DNA from: the human T2T-CHM13v2.0 reference genome, Homo sapiens
Assembly: GCF_009914755.1 (NCBI RefSeq)
Contig: NC_060933.1
Strand: one strand, 5' to 3'
DNA: 64,000 bases
Of the stretch, positions 42,401-57,230 are shown one piece after another. The stretch's first letter is position 1. Each line of letters starts with the position of its first letter. Made by a program: the position numbers and the translations under genes. The notes beneath the pieces were generated by a model. It did not search any database, was not told where the DNA came from, and was given only the letters and a program-made list of their open reading frames with translations.

Positions 42401-45400
42401 TGGAATGGAATGGAATGGAATGATACGGAATAGAATGGAATGGAACGAAATGCAATGGAATGGAATGGAATGGAATGGAATGGAATTAACCCGAATACAA
42501 TGGAATGGAAAGGAATGGAAAGGAATGGAGTGGAATGGAATGGAATCAACCCGAGTGCAGGGGAATGGAATGGAATGGAATGGAATCAACCCGAGTGCAA
42601 TGGAATGCAGTGGAATGGAATGGAATGGAATGGAACAACCCGAATGGAATGGAATGTAATGGAGAGTAAGGGAGTTGAATAGAATCAATCCGAATGTAAT
42701 GGAATTGAATGGAACGGAATGGAATTGAATGGAATGGAATGGAATGCAATGGAATGGAATCAACCCGAGTGCAATGGAAAGGAGAGGAATGGAATGGAAT
42801 GGAATGGAACAAACCGAATGGAATGGAATGTAATGGAGAGTAAGGGAGTTGAATAGAATCAATCCGAATGTAATGGAATGGAATGGAACGGAATGGAATT
42901 GAATGGAATGGAATGGAATGCAATGTAATGGAATCAACCCGAGTGCAATGGAAAGGAGAGGAATGGAATGGAATGGAATGGAAACTACCCGAATGGAATG
43001 GAATGTAATGGAGTGTAAGGGAATTGAAAAGATTCAATCCGAATGTAATGGAATGGAATGGAACGGAATGGAATGGAATGGAATGGAATGGAATCAACCC
43101 GAGTGCAATCGAATGAAATCGAATGGAATGGAATGCAATGGAATGGATTCAACTTGAATGGAATGGAAAGAATGGAATCAACACGAGTGGAATGGCATGG
43201 ATTGGAATGGAATGGAATGGAATCAACCCGAGTACAGGAGAATGGAATGGAATGGAATGCAATGGAATGGAATCATCCGTAATGGAATGGAAAGGAATGG
43301 AATGGAATGGAATGGAATGGAATGGAATGGAATGGAATGGAATCAACTCGATTGCAATCGAATGGAATGGAATGGAATTAACCCGAATAGAATGGAATGG
43401 AATGGAATGGAACGGAACGGAATGGAATGGAATGGAATGGAATGGAATGGAACGGAACGGAACGAAATGGAATGGAATGGATTGGAATGGAATGGAATCA
43501 ACGCGAGTGCAGGGGAATGGAATGGAATCGAATGGAATGGAAAGGAATGGAATGGAATCAACCCGAGTGCAGGGGAATGTAATGGAAAGGAATGCAATGG
43601 AAAGGAATCATCCGGAATGGAATGGAATGGAATGGAATGGAATGGAATCAACCCGAGTGCAATGGAATGGAGTGGAATGGATTGGAATGGAATGGAACAA
43701 CCCGAATGGATTGGAATGTAATGGAGAGTAAGGGAGTTGAAAAGAATCAATCCGAATGGAATGGAATGGAATGGAACGGAATGGAATGGAATGGAATGGA
43801 ATGCAATGGAATGGAATCTTCCGGAATGGAATGGAATGGAATGGAACGGAATGGAATGGAATGGAATGGAATTGTTCCGAGTGGAATAGGAGGGAATGTT
43901 TTCGAGTGGAATATAAAGGAATGGAATCAACCAGAGAGGAATGGAAGGGAATGGAATGGAATGGAAACTAATAGAATGGAATCAACCCGAGTGGAATGGA
44001 ATGGAAAGGACTGGAATGGAATGGAATGGAATGGAATCAACTCGATGGTAATGGAATGGAATGGAATGGAATGGAATGGAATGAAATGGAATTAACCCGA
44101 ATAAAATGGAATGGAATGGAATGGAACGGAATGGAGTGGAATGGAATGGAATCAACCCGAGTGCAGGGGAATGGAATGGAATGGAATGCAATGGAATGGA
44201 ATCATCCGGAATGGAATGGAATGGAATGGAATGCAAAGCAATGGAATCAACTCGATTGCAATGGAATGGAATGGAATGGAAAGGAATACATTGGAATCAA
44301 CCACAGTGGAATGGAATGGAAAGGACTGGAATGGAGTGGAATGGAATGGAATGGAATGGAATGGAATCAACTCGATTGGAATGGAATGGAGTGGAATGGA
44401 ATGGAATGGAATTAACCCGAATAGAATGGAATGTAATGGAATGGAACGGAACGGAATGGAATGGAATGGAATGGAATGGAATGGAATGGAATGGAATGGA
44501 ATCAACCCGACTGCAGGGGAATGGAATGGAATGGAATGCAATGGAATGGATTCAACTTGAATGGAATGGAAAGAATGGAATCAACACGAGTGGAATGGCA
44601 TGGATTGGAATGGAATGGAATGGAATCAACCCGAGTACAGGGGAATGGAATGGAATGGAATGCAATGGAATGGAATCATCCGTAATGGAATGGAAAGGAA
44701 TGGAATGGAATGGAATGGAATGGAATGGAATGGAATGGAATCAACTCGATTCCAATCGAATGGAATGGAATGGAATTAACCCGAATGGAATGGAATGGAA
44801 TGGAATGGAATGGAATGGAATGGAACGGAACGGAACGGAACGGAACGGAACGGAGTGGAATGGAATGGAATGGAATTGTATGGAATGGAATGGCATGGTA
44901 CGGAATAGAACGGAATGGAAAGAATTGTAATGGAATGGAATCGAATGGAATGGAATGGAATGGAATCGAATCAACCCGAGTGCAGGGGAATGTAATGGAG
45001 CGGAATGCAATGGAATGGAATCATCCGGAATGGAATGGAATGGAATGGAATGGAATGGAATGGAATGGAATGGAATCAACCCGAGTGCAATGGAATGGAG
45101 TGGAATGGAATAGAATGGAATGGAACAACCCGAATGGAATGGAATGTAATGGAGATTAAGGGAGTTGAATAGAATCAATCCGAATGTAATGGAATGGAAC
45201 GGAATGGAATGGAATGGAATGGAATGGAATGGAATGGAATGGAATGCAATGGAATGGAATCAACCCGAGTACAATGGAACGGAATGGAATGGAATGTAAT
45301 GTAATGGAATGGAATGGAATGGAATGGAATGGAATCAACCCGAGTGCAATGGAATAGAGAGGAATGGAATGGAATGGAATGGAAACTACCCGAATGGAAT

Positions 45401-46339
45401 GGAATGTAATGGAGTGTAAGGGAATTGAATAGAATCAATCCGAATGGAATGGAATGGAATGGAACGGAATGTAATGGAATGGAATGCAATGGAATCAACC
45501 CGAGTGCAGGGGAATGGAATGGAATGGAATGCAATGGAATGGAATCATCCGGAATGGAATCGAATGGAATGCAATGGAATGGAATGGAATGGAATCAACC
45601 CGAGTGCAATGGAATGGAGTGAAATGGAATGGAATGGAATGGAAACAACCAGAATGGATTGGAATATAATGGAGTGTAAGGGAATTGAATAGAATCAATC
45701 TGAATGTAATGAAATGGAATGGAACGGAATGGAATGGAATGGAATGGAATGGAATGCAATGGAATGGAATCAACCCGAGTGCAATCGAATGGAATCGAAT
45801 GCCATGGAATGCAATGGAATGGATTCAACTTGAATGGAAAGGAAAGAATGGAATCAACACGACTGGAATGGCATGGATTGGAATGGAATGGAATGGAATC
45901 AACCCGAGTACAGGGGAATGGAATGGAATGGAATGCAATGGAATGGAATCATCAGTAATGGAATGGAAAGGAATGGAAAGGACTGGAATGGAATGGAATG
46001 GAATGGAATGGAATGGAATCAACTCGATTGCAATCGAATGGAATGGAATGGAATTAACCCAAATAGAATGGAATGGAATGGAACGGAACGGAATGGAATG
46101 GAATGGAACGGAACGGAATGGAATGGAATGGAATGGAAAGGAAAGGAATGGAATGGAATGGAATGGAATGGAATGGAATGGAATGGAATGGAATGGAATC
46201 AACGCGAGTGCAGGGGAATGGAATGGAATCGAATGGAATGGAAAGGAATGGAATGGAATCAACCCGAGTGCAGGGGAATGTAATGGAACGGAATGCAATG
46301 GAAAGGAATCATCCGGAATGGAATGGAATGGCATGGAAT

Positions 46340-49300
46340 GGAATGGAATGGAATGGAATCAACCCGAGTGCAATGGAATGGAGTGGAATGGAATGGAATG
46401 GAATGGAACAACCCGAATGGATTGGAATGTAATGGAGAGTAAGGGAGTTGAAAAGAATCAATCCGAATGGAATGGAATGGAATGGAACGGAATGGAATGG
46501 AATGGAATGGAATGCAATGGAATGGAATCTTCCGGAATGGAATGGAATGGAATGGAATGGAATGGAATGGAATGGAAAGGAATGCAATGGATTCAACTGT
46601 ATTGCAATGGAATGGAATAGAATGGAATGGAATGGAATGGAATGGAATGGAATGGAATTAAACCGAATAGAATGGAATGGAATGGAATGGAACGGAACAG
46701 AACGGAATGGAACGGAATGGAACGGAACGGAGTGGAATGGAATGGAATGGAATTGTATGGAATGGAATGGAATGGTACGGAATAGAATGGAATGGAAAGA
46801 ATTGGAATGGAATGGTATCGAATGGAATGGAATGGAATGGAATGGAATCAACCAGAGTGCAGGGGAATGTAATGGAATGGAATGCAATGGAATGGAATCA
46901 TCCGGAATGGAATGGAATGGAATGGAATGGAATGGAATGGAATCAACCCGAGAGCAATGGAATGGAGTGGAATGGAAAGGAATGCAATGGAACAACCCGA
47001 ATGGAATGGAATGTAATGGACAGTAAGGGAGTTGAATAGAATCAATCCGAATGTAATGGAATGGAACGGAATGGAATGGAATGGAATGGAATGGAATGGA
47101 ATGGAATGGAATGGAATGCAATGGAATGGAATCAACCTGAGTACAATGGAACGGAATGGAATGGAATGGAATGGAATGGAATGGAATGGAATGTAATGGA
47201 ATCAACCCGAGTGCAATGGAATTGAGAGGAATGGAATGGAATGGAATGGAAACTACCCGAATGGAATGGAATGTAATGGAGTGTAAGGGAATTGAATAGA
47301 ATCAATCCGAATGGAATGGAATGGAATGGAACGGAATGTAATGGAATGGAATGGAATGGAGTCAACCCGAGTGCAGGGGAATGGAATGGAATGGAATGCA
47401 AAGGAATGGAATCATCCGGAATGGAATGGAATGGAATGCAATGGAATGGAATGGAATGGAATCAACCCGAGTGCAATGGAATGGAGTGAAATGGAATGGA
47501 ATGGAATGGAAACAACCAGAATGGATTGGAATATAATGGAGTGTAAGGGAATTGAATAGAATAAATCTGAATGTAATGAAATGGAATGGAACGGAATGGA
47601 ATGGAATGGAATGGAATGGAATGCAATGGAATGGAATCAATCCGAGTGCAATCGAATGGAATCGAATGGAATGAAATGCAATGGAATGGATTCAACTTGA
47701 ATGGAATGGAAAGAATGTAATCAACACGAGTGGAATGGCATGGATTGGAATGGAATGGAATGGAATCAAGCCGAGTACAGGGGAATGGAATGGAATGGAA
47801 TGCAATGGAATGGAATCATCCGTAATGGAATGGAAAGGAATGGAATGGAATGGAATGGAATGGAATGGAATCAACTCGATTGCAATCGAATGGAATGGAA
47901 TGGAATTAACCGAATAGAATGGAATGGAATGGAATGGAACGGAACTGAACGGAACGGAACGGAATGGAATGGAATGGAATGGAATGGAACGGAAAGGAAA
48001 GGAATGGAATGGAATAGAATGGAATGGAATGGAATCAACGCGAGTGCAGGGGAATGGAATGGAATGGAATGCAATGGAATGGAATCTTCCGGAATGGAAT
48101 GGAATGGAATGGAATGGAATGGAATGGAATGGAATGGAATCAACCCGAGTGCAATGGAATGGAGTGGAATGGAATGGAATGGAATGGAACAACCCGAATG
48201 GAATGGAATGTAATGGAGAGTAAGGGAGTTGAATAGAATCAATCCGAATGAAATGGAATGGAATGGAACGGAATGGAATTGAATGGAATGGAATGGAATG
48301 GAATGCAATGGAATGGAATCAACCCGAGTGCAACGGAAAGGAGAGGAATGGAATGGAATGGAATGGAATGGAATGGAATGGAATGGAATGGAATGGAATC
48401 GTTCCGAGTGGAATAGGAGGGATGTTTTCGAGTGGAATGGAAAGGAATGGAATCAACCAGAGTGGAAAGGAAGGGAATGGAATGGAATGGAAACTAATAG
48501 AATGGAATCAACACGAGTGGAATGGAATGGAAAGGACTGGAATGGAATGGAATGGAATGGAATCAACTCGATTGTAATGGAATGGAATGGAATGGAATGG
48601 AATGGAATGGAATGGAATCAACCCGAGTGCAATGGAATGGAGTGGAATGGAATGGAATGGAATGGAACAACCCGAATGGATTGGAATGTAATGGAGAGTA
48701 AGGGAGTTGAAAAGAATCAATCCGAATGGAATGGAATGGAATGGAACGGAATGGAATGGAATGGAATGGAATGCAATGGAATGGAATGGAATGGAATCCA
48801 ATGGAATGGAATCTTCCGGGATGGAATGGAATGGAATGGAATGGAATGGAATGGAATGCAATGGATTCAACTGTATTGCAATGGAATGGAATAGAATGGA
48901 ATGGAATGGAATGGAATGGAATTAAACCGAATAGAATGGAATGGAATGGAATGGAACGGAACAGAACGGAATGGAACGGAACGGAGTGGAATGGAATGGA
49001 ATGGAATTGTATGGAATGGAATGGAATGGTACGGAATAGAATGGAATGGAAAGAATTGGAATGGAATGGTATCGAATGGAATGGAATGGAATGGAATGGA
49101 ATCAACCCGAGTGCAGGGGAATGTAATGGAACGGAATGCAATGGAATGGAATCATCCGGAATGGAATGGAATGGAATGGAATGGAATGGAATGGAATGGA
49201 ATGGAATCAACCCGAGAGCAATGGAATGGAGTGGAATGGAATGGAATGCAATGGAACAGCCCGAATGTAATGGAATGTAATGGAGGGTAAGGGAGTTGAA

Positions 49301-50160
49301 TAGAATCAATCCGAATGTAATGGAATGGAACGGAATGGAATGGAATGGAATGGAATGGAATGGAATGGAATGCAATGGAATGGAAACAACCCGAGTACAA
49401 TGGAACGGAATGGAATGGAATGTAATGGAATGGAATGGAATGGAATGGAATGGAATGGAATGGAATGGAATCAACCCGAGTGCAATGGAATGGAGAGGAA
49501 TGGAATGGAATGGAATGGAAACTACCCGAATGGAATGGAATGTAATGGAGTGTAAGGGAATTGAATAGAATCAATCCGAATGGAATGGAATGGAATGGAA
49601 CGGAATGTAATGGAATGGAATGGAATGGAGTCAAACCGAGTGCAGGGGAATGGAATGGAATGGAATGCAATGGAATGGAATCATCCGGAATGGAATGGAA
49701 TGGAATGCAATGGAATGGAATGGAATGGAATCAACCCGAGTGCAATGGAATGGAGTGAAATGGAATGGAATGGAATGGAAACAACCAGAATGGATTGGAA
49801 TATAATGGAGTGTAAGGGAATTGAATAGAACAAATCTGAATGTAATGAAATGGAATGGAACGGAATGGAATGGAATGGAATGGAATGGAATGCGATGGAA
49901 TGGAATCAACCCGAGTGCAATCGAATGGAATCGAATGGAATGGAATGCAATGGAATGGATTCAACTTGAATGGAATGGAAAGAATGGAATCAACACGAGT
50001 GGAATGGCATGGATTGGAATGGAATGGAATGGAATCAACCCGAGTACAGGGGAATGGAATGGAATGGAATGCGATGGAAAGGAATCATCCGTAATGGAAT
50101 GGAAAGGAATGGAATGGAATGGAATGGAATGGAATGGAATGGAATCAACTCGATTGCAAT
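46340..50160 (+). repeat. Local duplication at ~2.27 kb spacing (~46.3-47.9 kb vs ~48.6-50.2 kb)
   Basis: Shared rare variants GGATTCAACTGTATTGC (46589, 48864), GGTATCGAATGG (46814, 49068), CCCGAGAGCAATGG (~46947, ~49211), GGAGTCAA (47358, 49627). Confidence 0.8.
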
Positions 50161-53100
50161 CGAATGGAATGGAATGGAATTAACCCGAATAGAATGGAAT
50201 GGAATGGAATGGAACGGAACGGAATGGAATGGAATGGAATGGAACGGAACGGAATGGAATGGAATGGAATGGAATGGAATCAACGCGAGTGCAGGGGAAT
50301 GGAATGGAATGGAATGCAATGGAATGGAATCTTCCGGAATGGAATGGAATGGAATGGAATGGAATGAAATGCAATGGATTCAACTAGATTGCAATGGAAT
50401 GGAATAGAATGGAATGGAATGGAATGGAATGGATTTAATCCGAATAGAATGGAATGGAATGGAATGGAACGGAATGGAACGGAATGGAATGGAATGGAAT
50501 GGAATGGAATGGAATGGAATGGAATGCAATGGAATGGAATCAACCCGAGTGCAATGGAAAGGAGAGGAATGGAATGGAATGGAATGGAAACTACCCGAAT
50601 GGAATGGAATGTAATGGAGTGTAAGGGAATTGAAAAGAATCAATCCGAATGTAATGGAATGGAATGGAACGGAATGGAATGGAATGGAATGGAATGGAAT
50701 CAACCCGAGTGCAATCGAATGAAATCGAATGGAATGGAATGCAATGGAATGGATTCAACTTGAATGGAATGGAAAGAATGGAATCAACACGAGTGGAATG
50801 GCATGGATTGGAATGGAATGGAATGGAATCAACCCGAGTACAGGGGAATGGAATGGAATGGAATGCAATGGAATGGAATCATCCGTAATGGAATGGAAAG
50901 GAATGGAATGGAATGGAATGGAATGGAATGGAATGGAATCAACTCGATTGCAATCGAATGGAATGGAATGGAATTAACCCGAATAGAATGGAATGGAATG
51001 GAATGGAACGGAACGGAATGGAATGGAATGGAATGGAATGGAATGGAACGGAACGGAACGCAATGGAATGGAATGGATTGGAATGGAATGGAATCAACGC
51101 GAGTGCAGGGGAATGGAATGGAATGGAATGCAATGGAATGGAATCTTCCGGAATGGAATGGAATGGAATGGAATGGAATGAAATGCAATGGATTCAACTC
51201 GATTGCAATGGAATGGAATAGAATGGAATGGAATGGAATGGAATGGAATGGAATTAACCCAAATAGAATGGAATGGAATGGAATGGAACGGAATGGAACG
51301 GAATGGAATGGAATGGAATGGAATGGAATGGTATGGAATGGAATGGAATGGAATGGAATGGAATGGAATCAACTCGATTGCATTCGAATGGAATGGAATG
51401 GAATTAACCGAATAGAATGGAATGGAATGGAATGGAACGGAACGGAACGGAACGGAATGGAATGGAATGGAATGGAATGGAAAGGAATGGAACGGAAAGG
51501 AAGGGAATGGAATGGAATAGAATGGAATGGAATGGAATCAACGCGAGTGCAGGGGAATGGAATGGAATGGAATGCAATGGAATGGAATCTTCCGGAATGG
51601 AATGGAATGGAATGGAATGGAATGGAATCAACCCGAGTGCAATGGAATGGAGTGGAATGGAATGGAATGGAATGGAACAACCCGAATGGAATGGAATGTA
51701 ATGGAGAGTAAGGGAGTTGAGTAGAATCAATCCGAATGAAATGGAATGGAATGGAACGGAATGGAATTGAATGGAATGGAATGGAATGCAATGGAATGGA
51801 ATCAACCCGAGTGCAATGGAAAGGAGAGGAATGGAATGGAATGGAATGGAATGGAATGGAATGGAATGGAATGCAATCGTTCCGAGTGGAATAGGAGGGA
51901 TGTTTTCGAGTGGAATGGAAAGGAATGGAATCAACCAGAGTGGAAAGGAAGGGAATGGAATGGAATGGAAACTAATAGAATGGAATCAACACGAGTGGAA
52001 TGGAATGGAAAGGACTGGAATGGAATGGAATGGAATGGAATCAACTCGATTGTAATGGAATGGAATGGAATGGAATGGAATGGAATTAACCCGAATACAA
52101 TGGAATGGAATGGAATGGAACGGAATGGAGTGGAATGGAATGGAATCAACACGAGTGCAGGGGAATGGAATGGAATGGAATGCAATGGAATGGAATCATC
52201 CGGAATGGAATGGAATGGAATGGAATGCAAAGCAATGGAATCAACTCGATTGCAATGGAATGGAATGGAATGGAAAGGAATACATTGGAATCAACCCGAG
52301 AGGAATGGAATGGAAAGGACTGGAATGGAGTGGAATGGAATGGAATGGATTGGAATGGAATCAACTCGATTGGAATGGAATGGAATGGAATGGAATGGAA
52401 TGGAATTAACCCGAATAGAATGGAATGGAATGGAATGAAACGGAACGGTATGGAATGGAATGGAATGGAATGGAATGGAATGGAATCAACCCGACTGCAG
52501 GGGAATGGAATGGAATGGAATGCAATGGAAAGAATTCAACTTGAATGGAATGGAAAGAATGGAATCAACACGAGTGGAATGGCATGGATTGGAATGGAAT
52601 GGAATGGAATCAACCCGAGTACTGGGGAATGGAATGGAATGGAATGCAATGGAATGGAATCATCCGTAATGGAATGGAAAGGAATGGAATGGAATGGAAT
52701 GGAATGGAATGGAATGGAATGGAATGGAATCAACTCGATTGCAATCGAATGGAATGGAATGGAATTAACCCGAATAGAATGGAATGGAATGGAATGGAAC
52801 GGAACGGAACGGAACGGAACGGAGTGGAATGGAATGGAATGGAATTGTATGGAATGGAATGGCATGGTACGGAATAGAATGGAATGGAAACAATTGGAAT
52901 GGAATGGAATCGAATGGAATGGAATGGAATGGAATGGAATCAACCCGAGTGCAAGGGAATGTAATGGAACGGAATGCAATGGAATGGAATCATCCGGAAT
53001 GGAATGGAATGGAATTGAATGGAATGGAATGGAATGGAATCAACCCGAGTGCAATGGAATGGAGTGGAATGGAATGGAATGGAATGGAACAACCCGAATG

Positions 53101-56100
53101 GAATGGAATGTAATGGAGAGTAAGGGAGTTGAATAGAATCAATCCGAATGTAATGGAATGGAACGGAATGGAATGGAATGCAATGGAATGGAATCAACCC
53201 GAGTACAATGGAACGGAATGGAATGGAATGTAATGTAATGGAATGGAATAGAATGGAATGGAATGGAATCAACCCGAGTGCAATGGAATGGAGAGGAATG
53301 GAATGGAATGGAATGGAAACTACCCGAATGGAATGGAATGTAATGGAGTGTAAGGGAATTGAATAGAATCAATCCGAATGGAATGGAATGGAATGGAACG
53401 GAATGTAATGGAATGGAATGGAATGGAATCAACCCGAGTGCAGGGGAATGGAATGGAATGGAATGGAATGGAATGGAATGGAATGTTATGGAATGGAATG
53501 GAATGGTACGGAATAGAATGGAATGGAACGAATTGTAATGGAATGGAATTGAATGGAATGGAATGGAATGGAATGGAATCAACGCGAGTGCAGGGGAATG
53601 TAATGGAACGGAATGCAATGGAATGGAATCATCTGGAATGGAATGGAATGGAATGCAATGGAATGGAATGGAATGGAATCAACCCGAGTGCAATGGAATG
53701 GAGTGAAATGGAATGTAATGGAAACAACCAGAATGGATTGGAATATAATGGAGTTTAAGGGAATTGAAAAGAATCAATCTGAATGTAATGAAATGGAATG
53801 GAACGGAATGGAATGGAATGGAATGGAATGGAATGCAATGGAATGGAATCAACCCGAGTGCAATCGAATGGAATCGAATGCAATGGAATGCAATGGAATG
53901 GATTCAACTTGAATGGAAAGGAAAGAATGGAATCAACACGAGTGGAATGGCATGGATTGGAATGGAATTGAATGGAATCAACCCGAGTACAGGGGAATGG
54001 AATGGAATGGAATGCAATGGAATGGAATCATCAGTAATGGAATGGAAAGGAATGGAAAGGACTGGAATGGAATGGAATGGAATGGAATGGAATGGAATGG
54101 AATGGAATGGAATCAACTCGATTTCAATCGAATGGAATGGAATGGAATTAACCCGAATAGAATGGAACGGAATGGAATGGAATGGAACGGAATGGAATGG
54201 AATGGAATGGAATGGAATGGAATGGAAAGGAATGGAATGGAATGGAATGGAATGGAATGGAATGGAATGGAATCAACGCGAGTGCAGGGGAATGTAATGG
54301 AACGGAATGTAATGGAATGGAATCATCCGGAATGGAATGGAATGGAATGGAATGGAATCAACCCGAGTGCAATGGAATGGAGTGGAATGGAATGGAATGG
54401 TATGGAACAACCCGAATGGAATGGAATGTAATGGAGAGTAAGGGAGTTGAAAAGAATCAATCCGAATGGAATGGAACGGAATGGAATGGAATGGAATGGA
54501 ATGGAATGGAATGCAATGGAATGGAATCAACCCGAGTACAATGGAATGGAATGGAATGGAATGGAATGGAATGGAATGGAATGGAATGGAATGGAATGGA
54601 ATGCAATGGAATGGAATGTTCCGGAATGGAATGGAATGGAATGCAATGGAATGGAATGGAATGGAATGCAATGGAATGGAATCAACCCGAGTGCAATGGA
54701 ATGGAGAGGAATGGAATGGAATGGAATGGAAACTACCCGAATGGAATGGAATGTAATGGAGTGTAAAGGAATTGAATAGAATCAATCTGAATGTAATGGA
54801 ATGTAATGGAATGGAATGCAACGGAATGGAATGGAATAGAATGGAATGGAATGCAATGGAATTGAATCAACCCGAGTACAATGGAATGGAATGGAATGGA
54901 ATAGAATGGAATGGAATGGAATGGAATGATACGGAATAGAATGGAATGGAACGAAATGGAATGGAATGGAATGGAATGGAATGGAATGGAATGGAATGGA
55001 ATGGAATGGTTCCGAGTGGAATAGGAGGGAATGTATTCGAGTGGAATGGAAAGGAATGGAATCAACCAGAGTGGAATGGAAGGGAATGGAATGGAATGGA
55101 AACTAATAGAATGGAATCAACCCGAGAGGAATGGAATGGAAAGGACTGGAATGGAATGGAATGTAATGGAATCAACTCGATTGTAATTGAATGGAATGGA
55201 ATGGAATGGAATGGAATGGAATTAACCCGAATACAATGGAATGGAATGGAATGGAACGGAATGGAGTGGAATGGAATGGAATCAACCCGAGTGCAGGGGA
55301 ATGGAATGGAATGGAATGCAATGGAATGCAATCATCCGGAATGGAATGGAATGGAGTGGAATGCAAAGCAATGGAATCAACTCGATTGCAATGGAATGGA
55401 ATGGAATGGAAAGGAATACATTGGAATCAACCCGAGTGGAATGGAATGGAAAGGACTGGAATGGAGTGGAATGGAATGGAATGGACTGGAATGGAATGGA
55501 ATGGAATCAACTCGATTGGAATGGAATGGAATGGAATGGAATGGAATGGAATTAACCCGAATAGAATGGAATGGAATGGAATGGAACGGAACGGAACGGA
55601 ACGGAATGGAATGGAATGGAATGGAATGGAACGGAACGGAACGGAATGGAATGGAAAGGAATGGAATGGAAAGGAATCAACGTGAGTGCAGGGGAATGGA
55701 ATGGAATGGAATGAAATGGAATGGAATCTTACGGAATGGAATGGAATGGAATAGATTAGAATGGAATGGAATGGAATGGAATGGAATCAACCCGAGTACA
55801 GGGGAATGGAATGGAATGTAATGCAATGGAATGGAATCATCCGTAATGGAATGTAAAGGAATGGAATGGAATGGAATGGAATGGAATGGAATGGAATGGA
55901 ATGGAATGCAATGGATTCAACTCGATTGCAATGAAATGGGATAGAATGGAATGGAATGGAATGGAATGGAATGGAATGGAATTAACCCGAATAGAATGGA
56001 ATGGAATTGTATGGAACGGAACGGAACGGAACGGAACCGAATGGAATGGAATGGAATGGAATGGAATGGAATGGAATGGAATTGAATGGAATGGAATGGA

Positions 56101-56880
56101 ATGGTACAGAATAGAATGGAATGGAAAGAATTGGAATGGAATGGAATCGAATGGAATGGAATGGAATGGAATGGAATGGAATGGAATGGAATGGAACCAA
56201 CCCGAGTGCCATGGAATGGATTGGAATGGAATGGAATGGAATGGAACAACCCGAATGGAATGGAATGTAATGGAGAGTAAGGGAGTTGAATAGAATCAAT
56301 CCGAATGTAATGGAATGGAATGGAACGGAATGGAATGGAATGGAATGGAATGGAATGCAATGGAATGGAATCAACCCGAGTACAATGGAATGGAATGGAA
56401 TGGAATGGAATGGAATGGAATGGAATGGAATGGAATGGAATGGAATCAACCCGAGTGCAATGGAATAGAGAGGAAAGGAATGGAATGGAATGGAAACTAC
56501 CCGAATGGAATGGAATGTAATGAAGTGTAAGGGAATTGAATAGAATCAATCCGAATGGAATGGAATGTAATGGAACGGAATGTAATGTAATGGACTGCAA
56601 TGGAATCAACCCGAGTGCAGGGGAATGGAATGGAATGGAATGCAATGGAATGGAATCATCCGGAATGGAATGGAAAGGAATGGAATGGAATCAACCCGAG
56701 TACAAAGGAATGGAGTGAAATGGAATGGAATGGAATGGAAACAACCAGAATGGATTGGAATATAATGGAGTGTAAGGGAATTGAATAGAATCAATCTGAA
56801 TGTAATGAAATGGAATGGAACGGAAAGGAATGGAATGGAATGGAATGGAATGGAATGCAATGGAATGGAATCAACCCGAG

Positions 56881-56884
56881 TGCA
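56881..56884. other. Inversion breakpoint between oppositely oriented satellite blocks
   Basis: ...GGAATCAACCCGAG-TGCA-TTCCATTGCATTCTGGTTGTTTCC...; GGAAT before, ATTCC after; TGCA fits both orientations; no inserted foreign sequence. Confidence 0.96.
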
Positions 56885-57230
56885 TTCCATTGCATTCTGG
56901 TTGTTTCCATTCCATTCCATTCCATTTCAGTCCATTCCATTGCACTCAGGTTCATTCCATTCCATTCCATTCCATTGCATTCCATTCCATTCCATTCCGG
57001 ATGATTCCATTCCATTGCATTCCATTCCATTCCATTCCCCTGCACTCGGGTTGATTCCATTCCATTCCATTACATTACATTCCGTTCCATTCCATTCCAT
57101 TCCTTTCGGATTGATTCTATTCAATTCCCTTACACTCCATTCCATTCCATTCCATTCGGGTAGTTTCCATTCCATTCCATTCCATTCCTCTCCATTCCAT
57201 TGCACTCGGGTTGATTCCATTCCATTCCAT

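Larger units (their letters stand above)
1..56884 (+). repeat. Satellite III (HSat3) array, (GGAAT)n G-rich strand on +
   Basis: Continuous GGAAT pentamers with the classical SatIII interruption CAACCCGA(G/A)T and related modules; no unique sequence seen. AATCAACCCGAGTGCAATCGAATGGAATCG (e.g. 1211-1240) followed ~140 bp later by CCGAGTACAG resembles the chr9 SatIII (pHuR98-type) unit as I recall it, so chromosome/subfamily assignment is tentative. Confidence 0.97.

Noticed and set aside
56870-56900. Transposon insertion or terminal inverted repeats at the strand switch
   Set aside because: No foreign sequence, target-site duplication or poly(A); both sides are satellite.
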